DNA from: Podarcis tiliguerta | Taxonomy: Eukaryota | Assembly (NCBI GenBank): GCA_965153285.1 | Contig: OZ229110.1 | Direction: 5' to 3' (one strand) | Length of the DNA stretch: 64,000 nt | Shown here: positions 39,469 to 49,980 of the stretch, piece after piece | How the letters are laid out: each line of letters begins with the position of its first letter | How positions within the stretch are numbered: the first letter of the stretch is position 1 | Translations under genes and position numbers: made by a program | Notes under the pieces: generated by a model | Databases searched by the model: none | What the model was told of the DNA's origin: nothing | The model's input: the letters and a program-made list of their open reading frames with translations, nothing else

Positions 39469-39986
39469 TGAAGGGGTACAGTTAGGGTTACCCCAGAAAG
39501 CCCTAAAAACTGTTTGTGAATTCCCCCCCCAGCCAGGCCTCGGCGTATGCATTTTAAAAACTGCAATTTCCTCTAAGACAAAAAGCACAAGCTAAGCAGT
39601 CCTCTTTGTAACAAAAACGCTGTAACAAACCTAGAGCTGAGAACAGAAAACCTTTCGGGTTCCCAGATAGAAACAACCTTGTCCTGGTACATTGATTTGC
39701 AACATACTTCCTGGAACAGAACCAGGGAACGAAAAAGCAACATTCTATGTTAGAATCTGTGAAGGGGGACAGGGAAAAAGGGGTTTGAAAAAAAGGATAA
39801 AACCTGCTTGTAAAATGTTTTCGGTGCGGCCTGTCTTTTGTGAACTGAATCACACAGGTGCCTCTGCCCCTCCGGATGGCAGAATAAAACGCTCTTTCTC
39901 TGGATTAACCCCTTGGTGTCGTTTGGCTCCTTTTGTCTCTGCTCGGGTGCAACAATTATTCCTACCCATGGATTAAAAAGGCTACA
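39469..39986 (+). repeat. 5' LTR, 518 bp
   Basis: TGAAGG...GCTACA; TATA-like GATAAAA at 39796; AATAAA at 39883-39888; near-identical to 44463-44981. Confidence 0.97.
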
Positions 39987-39992
39987 TATTTC

Positions 39993-40010
39993 TGGTGCGT
40001 TGGCCGGGAA
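39993..40010 (+). promoter_or_regulatory. Primer-binding site, tRNA-Gly(TCC)
   Basis: TGGTGCGTTGGCCGGGAA is the exact complement of the vertebrate tRNA-Gly(TCC) 3' end TTCCCGGCCAACGCA-CCA as I recall it. Confidence 0.9.
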
Positions 40011-40212
40011 TAAGCACGTTCCCCGAGATCGAGGGACAAAGAGGTCCAGGGCGTCACTGCAAGGCGAGCAGCTCAGGATCCTGGGTCAACAGTTCCAGCG
40101 CGCATCCTGCCAACTTCGTGGGAGGGACTGGCCACCCGTTCCTGAGTGGACACGCGACAAGTGACGGAGAGAAAGAGCAACGGCCGTGCAGAAAGAAGGT
40201 ACCTCGAGGAAC

Positions 40213-40221
40213 AAGGTAAGC
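40213..40221 (+). promoter_or_regulatory. Retroviral major splice donor
   Basis: AAG|GTAAGC about 200 nt after the PBS and upstream of gag. Confidence 0.7.
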
Positions 40222-40338
40222 TCCACAGGGATAGGTGGGAGCAATAAGAGAGTCTGATCAACTCCGCCAGCAGGGTAGAAGAAGTGCCACTGGTTTTGGT
40301 ATTGCCCAGAAAAGCAGCAAAAAGGGTGCTGCAGGGCG

Positions 40339-40586
40339 CCGGTCGAAGTCTAAGCGCTGCCGGTTATGGTTCTTTTTGTGTCCAAAAGAAGCAGTAGAGT
40401 GCTCTTGGGCCCTGGTCGAAGTCTAAGCGCTGCCGGTTGTGGTTTTGTGTCCAGAAGAAGCAGTAGAGTGCTCCTGGGCCCCGGTCGAAGTCTAAGCGCT
40501 GCCGGTTATGGTTCTTTTTGTGTCCAAAAGAAGCAGTAGAGTGCTCTTGGGCCCCGGTCGAAGTCTAAACGCTGCCGGTTGTGGTT
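40339..40586 (+). repeat. Tandem array in the ERV leader: 73/69/73-bp units plus a partial unit
   Basis: GGTCGAAGTCTAA recurs at 40341, 40414, 40483 and 40556. Confidence 0.92.
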
Positions 40587-40787
40587 ATTTTTTGGGGGGG
40601 GAAAGGGATTGGGGGAGGTGCATGGGTTTTTGTTTTTTTTTCTGAATGTGCGTGTGGGGACACTCCAGTGAATGTTTTGAGTGTGTGAGACGTTGAAAGC
40701 AACGTCTGGCCTGTGACTGAGTGAGAGAAAATAACGTTAGGAGGGCTGAGTGTCCCAGTGTCCCAGTGTCCCCAGGATCCCAGAGTC

Positions 40788-41945
40788 ATGGGAAATAAAA
40801 GCAGTAAAACAATTCTTGAGACACCACTACAGAGCTTTCTGGAAAACTGGAAAAGTGCCACGAAAGCAGAAGAGTGGGGATGTAAACTCAAAGAAAGCAG
40901 ACTCCAACATTTATGTGAAGTTGACTGGCCTTCGTATTTACCAGAATGCCTCCTGGAGGATCCTTTGATCCAAACTTGGTCAGCATTTTATGGAGTAACA
41001 TTTTCAAAGCCCACACAGACCAGATTCCCTATATTTCTATCTGGAAAGCCAATGTGGATCAAAATCCCTCATGGCTTCGGAAAAATAGAATTGTGACTGC
41101 CCAAGTCAAACTGTGTTCAGTACAATTACAAGTTAAAAAGCCGCCAGTTTTGCCAGTCCTGGAAGAGGAGATAATTATCCCCCCCACCACCATATGCAGC
41201 AACTGCGCCAAGGCAACCAAATAGGGCTGCTTCTCCGCCCAATGCCCAGACTGAGGACCCAAATGAGAAGATTCCCCCCTCTGCCCCTCCCCAACCCCCT
41301 TTTGATGCAAGCAAGGAAGGTGAAGAGGAAGGTGATGATGATGGTGATGATGATGACTTCAGAAAAACTCTAGATAAAGAGATAAGATGGACTAGGAAGC
41401 AGTCTGACAGAGTGTTCCAGTATGTAGAACCGTTTAAAACAGAACTGGATGTGGCTTCTTGGTTCTAGAAGCAGCACAATGCAAGGATGTGAATTGGCAG
41501 ACAGAAAGAAACAGAGCAGAAGGCTTTGAGAGCCGCATAGGACAGAACTGTTAAAAAAGAGACAATTAAAACCAAGGGATTGAAAACCCTGGGATTACAA
41601 TACTGACCATTGAGGAAATCCGCAAGATAAATGCCTTCAGGTCAGCGGACAATACTGATGTTGCAATTGAGGCAGCTAAAACTCCACTTTGATGGCCCCA
41701 CCCCACCAAGTGTACGACCCCCTGGAGTCATCCGATGTACAGGACCACAGACCTCCAAGCACTTTTTAAATCAGAACCCTTCTTTCGAAGAGGACCCAGC
41801 CAAAATAATTAGGGGTTTGTCTTCAAGCAGCCAGAAAGCCAAAAATGCAAGAGGGTGTCCACGGGAGGGACAAAAGACGCCTAGGGAAGAAACCAGTGCT
41901 CCATCTGCAGGCAAGAGGGTCACTGGGAAAATGGAATGCCCATAG
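40788..41945 (+). pseudogene. gag: ERV gag pseudogene: matrix, late domains, degraded capsid, zinc knuckle
   Basis: MGNKSSK myristoylation start; TPL..., CEVDWPSY / PPGGSFDP...DQIPYISIW...PSWL; PPPY and PSAP; NQCSICRQEGHW/KMECP near 41891-41942; several frameshifts and stops. Confidence 0.88.
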
Positions 41946-42149
41946 GCCCCACGCCCGACACACCCCACCCCCACAGGCTGGGAACAATAAGATTTCTCAA
42001 AAATGATTTCTTCTCATCTCTGTTCTTGCTAAAAGACTGTTGCAGCTAGAAGCAAGTAACAGGACATCAGCTTTTTTTTTTTTCCCCCTTGTGCCAGGCG
42101 CTTGGAAGTAGCTTCAGAGCTTTATCTCTTGGCTGCTATCCCAAGAGGA

Positions 42150-42924
42150 AAATGCTGCATTCTCACCAACCAGCTACCCTGAACCCCACACTGTCTGGAT
42201 TTATGGTTCAGCCACAAAAAAACCCAGAAGGCCAAGGGTTACCCACCCCCTTGCCCCAAGCACTAACCTGAGGAAAGTGACTTTCTTAAAAGCAAGTGAA
42301 TGCTTTCTGTGAACTTTGTCAAGTTTTACTTTTTAAGGTGCAATTTTATTCTGAAAAAGGAGCTGCAGCATAACAGGAATTTTGAAACTTTGATATTTTG
42401 CCAGAAGCAAGGGAACACATTGGACACTAGCAAACTAGGCAGATGAAAACTGAAATTTGCAACATGGCTTACAGGCCACGAAAGCTCTGAAACTTAGAGC
42501 ACACGAATGAGACTTTTAAAAACAAATCTCAGCTGGCAAAACTAAACCCAAGGAACAGAACTGTTAACCCCTTGCGAAGTTTCCTGCCAAGCATACCCTT
42601 TTGAATTAATGTTTGCTAGGCCTATACCTTAGGTGCAAATGCTATCTGTCAATGTACAGTCGTTCTGCCGTGTGTTTCTTTTTCTCTTCTCTTGACAGGT
42701 AAACCGGCCAGAGGCTGTCCTGTTTCTCTACAGCTGTTAAAGTCACCAGCATCTGTGACACCTGATCTGCACTGGCCCCTTCGACTCACCCCAGACGTCC
42801 AGACATCGCTCCAGCCTTGTTGGAAGAGACCCAAGATGTCCAACGCCCACCAGACGACCCGATGCCCACCATGTCACTCCGGAAGCTGACGTTTTGCACG
42901 GCTCAAGAATCCAGCATGGCTTGA
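42150..42924 (+). pseudogene. pol: Heavily deleted pol remnants (RT-RNase H linker, integrase)
   Basis: TLNPTLS (cf. TLNPATLLP); AYRPR..SS..E..NETFK (cf. AYRPQSSGxVERxNxTLK) near 42464-42520; PFELMFARP at 42597-42623; PLRLTP integrase tail. No protease or RT core seen. Confidence 0.65.
42670..42699 (+). promoter_or_regulatory. Candidate env splice acceptor
   Basis: Long polypyrimidine tract TTTCTTTTTCTCTTCTCTTGACAG|G, AG at 42697-42698. Confidence 0.65.
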
Positions 42925-43099
42925 AAGAGGACATTTTCACATTTTCTTTTCTTTCCTTTTGCATAACTGAACTTTATTGAAGGTACCTGGGCCTGGTTTG
43001 CTTTACGCCACCCCTGCAGAGGAGGGTGTCTAGTGGGTCTTTTCTTTCAGCGTAATTACACCCCAGCCCACTCTCTAGCACTTACCTAAGCCCCTCCAC

Positions 43100-44429
43100 A
43101 TGCATACAATGGCTCAAATACGACTGTGGGTCCCCGTGCTGGTATTTCTGCTGCCTTTGACCTTTGATATGCCAATACCACTCACAGTGACCAGACAACT
43201 GCTGCAATCGTGGGGGGCCCACCACACATATAATAAGTGGATTCAGGTTGCTGAGATGGTTGCGTTCTCTGCAAATCGGTCCGCACTCTGGCCCCTGTAG
43301 ATGCTCTGGGAGGAATGCCACTCCTCCCTGTGCCTTGGAATGAATCCTTGGTTACAACTCCACTTGTTGCCTTCCAGCCTCTGGGCAACCATTCTTCTTT
43401 ATGGAATCATTCCATCCCTTTCCAGGTTCACAGGATCACTGGTTGCCTTTGTGTCAACAAATCAAATGACACCAATGACGCTCAGACCTATGTGGGCACT
43501 TCCCACTGTGATCGTACCTTCCCAGCCCCAACTAACATGCCTGAGTCCGAGACAGGAACTTTTTCTGGTTCCAAATTGACTGCACGCCTGGCCCGCTTGC
43601 TGACAGGCACCATATCTGCCCATGGTCAGGACGTTTAAGGGTGTGTGGCAGAAAGGCCTATCATGCCCTCCCAAGAGGATGGTATGGGGTCTGTTTTCCA
43701 GCCTACTTAATACCCCCCATGTGGATTCCTGACCAAATACCCTCTGCACCCCCTAGAAGGAGGCGTTCGGCTGACCTGGCAACACTTGCAGGTGGCAGCT
43801 CCCAGGATTGGGGCCAAAATCAGTGGCCTCCGGAAAGGATACTGGCCCATTATGCGCCAGCCTCCTGGAATCGGGGAGAGAAAATCTCTGGGGCAAGGGG
43901 GCCAATCTATAACTTGAACCGCATAATCAGACTCCAGGCAGTGGTAGAGATTGTTGCTAACACAACAGCCACGGCCCTTAGGCTAATTGCCACGCAATTG
44001 GATGAGACACGCAATGCGTTTCTCTCAGTCCGATTGGCGTTGGACTTTCTCCTGGCGCAACATGGCGGCTTTTGTGCAGCGTTAAATCTCACAGGTGGGG
44101 CCTGTTGCTTTAACATCTCTGATCATGGTGAGGCCATTCGCAATTTGGCAGCAGGACTTGAAACAGTAGCCCATATTCCTACCCAAACTTGGGAGGGATG
44201 GGACATGTCATGGCTTGACTGGTTGCCAAAACTAGGATGGGTAAAAGGCCTGTTTTTGCTGCTGCTTGGCCCACTTTTCATTTTGCTAATTTTTTGCTTT
44301 TCTGTACCTTGCTTGCTGCAATGCTTGCATACAATGACACGCAATATGATTTCTCGCATGCTTCGCCCCCAGATTATAGCTCTGACCCAAGAATATCAGC
44401 CTGTGCCTTCCTGGGACGAGCCTTTTTGA
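43100..44429 (+). pseudogene. env: ERV env: SU broken by two frameshifts, TM frame open (ORF 43641-44429)
   Basis: Signal peptide MAQIRLWVPVLVFLLPL; NKWIQVAEMVAFSANRS with the CxxC missing; furin site RRRR at 43755-43766; WPPERILAHYAPASW; IYNLNRIIRLQAVVEI; ISD-like RLALDFLLAQHGG; cysteine loop; membrane anchor; cytoplasmic YQPV. Confidence 0.93.
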
Positions 44430-44443
44430 GAAAAAGGCTGTCC

Positions 44444-44462
44444 AAAATTGAGAGGTATGGAA
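44444..44462 (+). promoter_or_regulatory. Polypurine tract, imperfect
   Basis: AAAATTGAGAGGTATGGAA immediately before the 3' LTR. Confidence 0.6.
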
Positions 44463-44981
44463 TGAAGGGGTACAGTTAGGGTTACCCCAGAAAGCCCTAA
44501 AAACTGTTTGTGAATTCCCCCCCCCAGCCAGGCCTCGGCGTATGCATTTTAAAAACTGCAATTTCCTCTAAGACAAAAAGCACAAGCTAAGCAGTCCTCT
44601 TTGTAACAAAAACGCTGTAACAAACCTAGAGCTGAGAACAGAAAACCTTTCGGGTTCCCAGATAGAAACAACCTTGTCCTGGTACATTGATTTGCAACAT
44701 ACTTCCTGGAACAGAACCAGGGAACGAAAAAGCAACATTCTATGTTAGAATCTGTGAAGGGGGACAGGGAAAAAGGGGTTTGAAAAAAAGGATAAAACCT
44801 GCTTGTAAAATGTTTTCGGTGCGGCCTGTCTTTTGTGAACTGAATCACACAGGTGCCTCTGCCCCTCCGGATGGCAGAATAAAACGCTCTTTCTCTGGAT
44901 TAACCCCTTGGTGTCGTTTGGCTCCTTTTGTCTCTGCTCGGGTGCAACAATTATTCCTACCCATGGATTAAAAAGGCTACA
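44463..44981 (+). repeat. 3' LTR, 519 bp
   Basis: Differs from the 5' LTR only by C9 versus C8 in one homopolymer; AATAAA at 44878-44883. Confidence 0.97.
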
Positions 44982-47900
44982 AGGTCTAGAATACCCTCCA
45001 ACATTTCTCCAGTGAAAATAGGGACGTCCCATTCCATAATGATAATTTTATATCTTACTTGATTGCCTCAGCCACTCTGGGCAGTTTCCAACATATAAAA
45101 AAACATGATAAAAATCAAACATGAAAAAAATCTTCCCCATATTGCCTTCAGACAGCTCAGGGGTCAGATAACTCCATACCCTCCAACATTTCTCCAATGA
45201 AAATAGGGACATCCTAAGGGAAAGTGGGACATTCCAGGATCAAATCAGAATCAAGGACATCCTTGGAAAATAGGAACACTTGGAGGCTCTTGTCTAGGTT
45301 TTAACTACAGCGAATTATTTTCTTTCTTTCTCCAGTCACATTGATTTGGGGGAAGAATGTTTAAATAAATATTTTCAATTGGCTCTATACTGTTTTTCCC
45401 CACCACTTCCCCTTCTTCTTGGCAAGTTAAAGGGGAGATCGCTCTCTTTCCCTGAATTGTTCATTAGTTCAGTGGAACTAACTCCCAGGTTTGGGTACAT
45501 GGGTATAGAATTGCATTTTCCTGGGAGTTACCGGCAGTTTGCCATTTTTCCAGGTAATAGGAATCCGATCGCAGCTATTGCAGTTTTAAAAATGAACAGA
45601 CAGATGCAATGTAGAAAACACATTCCTGTATGAAAATATTGTTAGAAAAAAGATATTAAAATGTTAGTTTAAAAAGATATATCAGAATGCTGCAAGTAAT
45701 GGGAACTGTGAGTGCAGTGGGTTTGTTTTTATGTTCTGTCACAGAGATAATAGACATTTATTGAGGGTTGTAAATTTTAAGGGTGTACTGGGAAGGATGA
45801 ATTGTAGCTCTGTGAGGAGTCTCCTGACAACTCTTAGCATCTTTAGCAAACTACAGTTCCCAAGATTATTTTGGGGGTGCCATGACTATTCAAGGGTGTC
45901 AGAGTGATGCCTATGGTGCGGATGTGATCTCAGTTTTTAGAACAGGCCCTTTTCTGTGGTTGCAAGGGTATTCACTACTTTTATATTTTAATGTTAACTT
46001 TTAACATGAAATGTGTTTTTTACTGTAATTATCACAAAAGCCCTGTTAGCTCGGCTGTGAATCCTACATTGTATACATACGTGACCCAGTTTTAATATTC
46101 CTGTGTATCAGAAAGTTTACAATATTGTGTTTCTGTTGCAGCACATCCAAACGTAGTACACTGTTTTCTAGAATAGGACTTTAAATATGTGAGTGTGTAA
46201 AACATTCTGTGTTCCCTTCGCTGCTCCATCAGCAAGTGGAATGGCTATTGCAATTAGTGAGAATGTAACTCTGGAAGTCAACCATAAAAGTGCAATTCCC
46301 AGAGGCCTTTCCCCAGTGAAAGTTTCATGCAGGCCATACAATATTAACAAAACACAGCCACCACAAAGCATAGAGTCAAAAACCTCCATGTGTTCACTTT
46401 CCTTCATCTACAAAGGATTTTACTCTGCAAAGCTCCTTCAATATATCTGAGAAAGTAGCAAACAACAGGTTCCCTTCTGGCTATAGAAGAGGTTCACGGC
46501 CACTAGTAGCTCAGATGAAAAACCAAATAAGCAGGGATTGCTGGCAGTTCAACACTGTTACAGGGATTGCTGGCAGTTAGTAGGGTTAAATTTGCTGAAA
46601 TACCAGTTTATGGTGGCTTGGAGCTAATTTCACTGTCATTGACATATAACCAGGAAGGAGATCATCTGGCCCTATAGATTCTGTTGAATGGCTGCAACTG
46701 GCTGAGCCTGATGATTGGAGTTATAGTTCAGCCAATCTGGCAGACCAGAGGTTTCCCACCACCACATTGTAAGGTTGTCTGCTTCTTGTCTAGATATGGT
46801 ACCTGCAGATCACTTTGCTGTACTAAGGGACTGGATATCTTGAGCTACCCAGTCTTGAAATGTAGCTCTTCAGGAAGCTGTGGGCTCCTATCAGAAGTGA
46901 TTGGCCTCCCTACGATCCCTTACTATATTCACCCCAGTCTGGCATAAATGTTTACAGGAATTTTGAGAAGTAGAAGGATAGCTATTTGTGTTCCTAAATT
47001 ACTCCCTAGGTTTGGCTATTCCATCCCTGTAAAGCTATTAACCTGACTGCGGAAACTTCCTGTTTCCTCCTAGGCTGGGACAGACTTCCTCTACATGTGA
47101 CCAGAGGTGGGTGTGGCCTCACCTGTGCAGGTAACAAAAGCATAGGACGGGTCACCATCTCTCTCTGACTACATTCGTCGAAGAAGCAACATTTGCTTAG
47201 CCGAAGATTTTGTGGACTACAATCTACCTTGTCAGATGCATGAAGTGTCATCCTGAGTTACACAGAGACAGACTCAGAAGGTCAGAGAGAAATCCAATGC
47301 CAAAAAGTACAGACAATAATAATTATGAAATCAGTAGTAGCGCTGTATTTTATCCCAGATCAGTTCACAAGTGAGAGTATTGAGCTTATCGATGTATTGT
47401 AATTCAGCAGTTTCACTTTTCAGTCTCCCTTTGAGATTCCTTTGCTTTGGGATGGCCACTCACTCTTAACGTCACATATAGGGTGTCCTGGTGGTTGAAA
47501 TGTTTTGACACACTGACTTTTGAATATTGCCATTTCTGATGTCAGATCTGTGTCCATTTATTCTTTCATGCTTATCCTATCATTGCTGGCACATGTGTGA
47601 CATGGGAAGGTGAGCAGTTTTGTTTCCTGTGCTGTAAAAAGAGCACTATAGTGACCTTCTTTATGAGCCCTCTGATAATTCAATACACATCATGAAGTTC
47701 TAACTGAAAGAACTAGATGCAGCCTATCTCATGTCTCAGAGGGGCCAGCGCAGCATGGACAATCTAAGTTGTGACTGCAGGGATCTCACTTCTCATCCCA
47801 GCTCTGCTATCTTGTCATTATATTCATCTGTGACTAATGGTTCTGGTTCTGGTCTGATAGGCTACAGTCTGTCTCCCCTGCCCAAGGAAGCACAAAGAGG

Positions 47901-49980
47901 ATATTGGCAGGATGATCAGTGATCGATCTGTCTAGATAACAGTGTGTGTATCTATAGCTATATATATATCTGCAGCCAATGCCCTTGTTAAAAAAACAAA
48001 ACACTGTTTTTGCAATTTAACCTCTACTGAAAACAGGAATTGTGTCCCTACCTTGTTCCCATTCATTTTGCTCCTTATGGGTTGCCCCACTACTTCTTTT
48101 GGCATGCCAGCCAACCCCACCCCTTGGCCCATTTATCTGCTCCAGATCTGTCTGCTCTGAATTTTCCTGCTCAGGGTTCTGCCCAAGACTCCTTCCCTGG
48201 CCCCAATCCAACCATGCCACATGGTCTGAAGACAAAGGAGGCCACCAACTCCTTGATGAAGCAAAGCCAGTCAGGGTCTGGTCATGCTTGGGAATCACAT
48301 GTATACCTTGGGTGCCTTGGGTTCCATGAAGGATGTGAGATAGGAATGTGAGAAAGTGAATCAACCAAAGCCCTTGATCTTGGGCATCAGTGACAATGAG
48401 GAGAGTCTTTGGGACTTGGCTTCCCCTGCATCGCTTTGCTGTGTTTCTGGTTTTGCATCACCGTCCCCAACCGAGAGAGTGGGAAGCAGCCATCTGGGCA
48501 TGCTTCGAAAGCGCTTCAGAAATGGCAAGTAATATTCATAATAGATTTCACGGCAATTAATTACTCATGAGACTTCTAGTTTCCTCCGTGTTCTGTTCCT
48601 TCCGAACAGCAGCGTTGTGCAATATATCCTCATCATACTTCAAACACTTACACAACTGGGCTCCGCAAGAACTAGGTCACGTGGGAGGAAGCTGCTTCTT
48701 CCAAGCCGGAAAAACTTTTGAGAGAGGTCAACAGCGCTTTCAAAGCTGAGATGCGGAACAGGATCATTCTTCTCCCAACCCGCAGAAATGAATGTGTACG
48801 TTCTCCGTTGCTTGCTCAATGGATCAAGGCTTAAAAGGAAATATTTGCATGTTGGTAGCATGGAAGAGGCAATAGAGTCCGGCAACCGTTTGAAAATAGT
48901 ATTGCTCCTGGATGTATTCAAAAGAATATGAAACTTGCTTTCTTGTAAATATTTTTTTCTACTCCATGGCCTGTCTAACACATGTGCTTTTAAAGGTTGT
49001 GATCCTATGGATATGCACCTGGGAGTAAATCCCATTGGAGTCAAAAGGACTTACTCCTGAGTGGGCATTGCACTGCATAGAACCAACTGAGAACTGTTTA
49101 TCAGTATGTATAATTGCTGAGCTGTCTTGAGCCTGCTGTGTTAATAACTTTGCATCTGTTTTGTTTAACTTATTTTTAATTTGCATTTTCAAAAAGGTTT
49201 AATGAAGGAAAAATAATTCTAAAAGAACTACAGTTTGAGGGGAACCTCATTTCAAATATCTTCTAAAACATCAGGTTTCTGCCTGCCTAGTTATCCGGTT
49301 TTAGACGGCTCTTCTCTTCTCCAATAGTTTTTCCTATGCATTTAGCAATCCAAAAGTGCTATTTTAGGTTTAAGACGCAACTTTGTTGTTGTTGTTGGGG
49401 ATCAAGCTGCTACTATGGAAAAATTAGAGGTCGAAAGAAGAATATGCTTTGCAATAACTCAGCTATTCTGAGTTAAATTCCTTTCATAGATCTGTTCTTT
49501 GCTGCATAATTCTTTACAAAGCTGACTCATCAGGACACAAGAGCACTTTGAGTGACGATATTGAGTCTGCTTTTGTACAGGCTGTGCATATTTTTGCAGC
49601 TAAGTAGTTAAAAGTCCTTTCCAATAAAGAAGTTTCATTATTATCAATTATTTACTCAGCGCTGTCATTATGACGGATAGGGCTGCCCAAGGCAGGACGA
49701 CACCGAAGCTTCCACAAGGATCTTACTGTGCTGCACCAAAAAAAATATCCCCACCAGTAAATAATGAGCGCGTGAAGCATGCTGAGACACGGAGACTGAG
49801 CCCAGATTGATTTACTTCTGCTTGCTTATCTAACAAGAGGCATAGTCTTAAGATGCAGGCTTCTAAGATGTTTAACAAGTAAAGCCAGGACTACAGAACT
49901 GGTGCTTAAAGACCTGGTGCCCATTGGGACTGGTAAGGCAGAAGGCTGGGAGAAATACAGTAGATGAAGTCAGAGCAAAT

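Larger units (their letters stand above)
39469..44981 (+). mobile_element. Endogenous retrovirus, class I (gamma-like, ERV3/HERV-I-type env), defective provirus of 5513 bp
   Basis: Paired LTRs; TSD AGGT (39465-39468 / 44982-44985); PBS; PPT; gag, pol and env remnants in order. Confidence 0.96.

Noticed and set aside
39554-39976. LTR-encoded ORFs (99 aa antisense, 94 aa sense), repeated at 44549-44971
   Set aside because: They start at non-ATG codons, have no recognisable motifs, and appear twice only because the LTRs are duplicated.
40339-40586. CRISPR-like array
   Set aside because: Units are contiguous tandem copies with no unique spacers, there are no cas genes, and the context is a vertebrate provirus.
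43260-43272. CVLC as the SU CxxC motif
   Set aside because: It lies in a frame with three stops just upstream. The overlapping frame (NKWIQVAEMVAFSANRS) matches the conserved Env motif, so CVLC is probably chance.
43100-44429. Domesticated syncytin-like env gene
   Set aside because: SU has two frameshifts and lacks its CxxC, and identical LTRs point to a recent insertion rather than an old captured gene.
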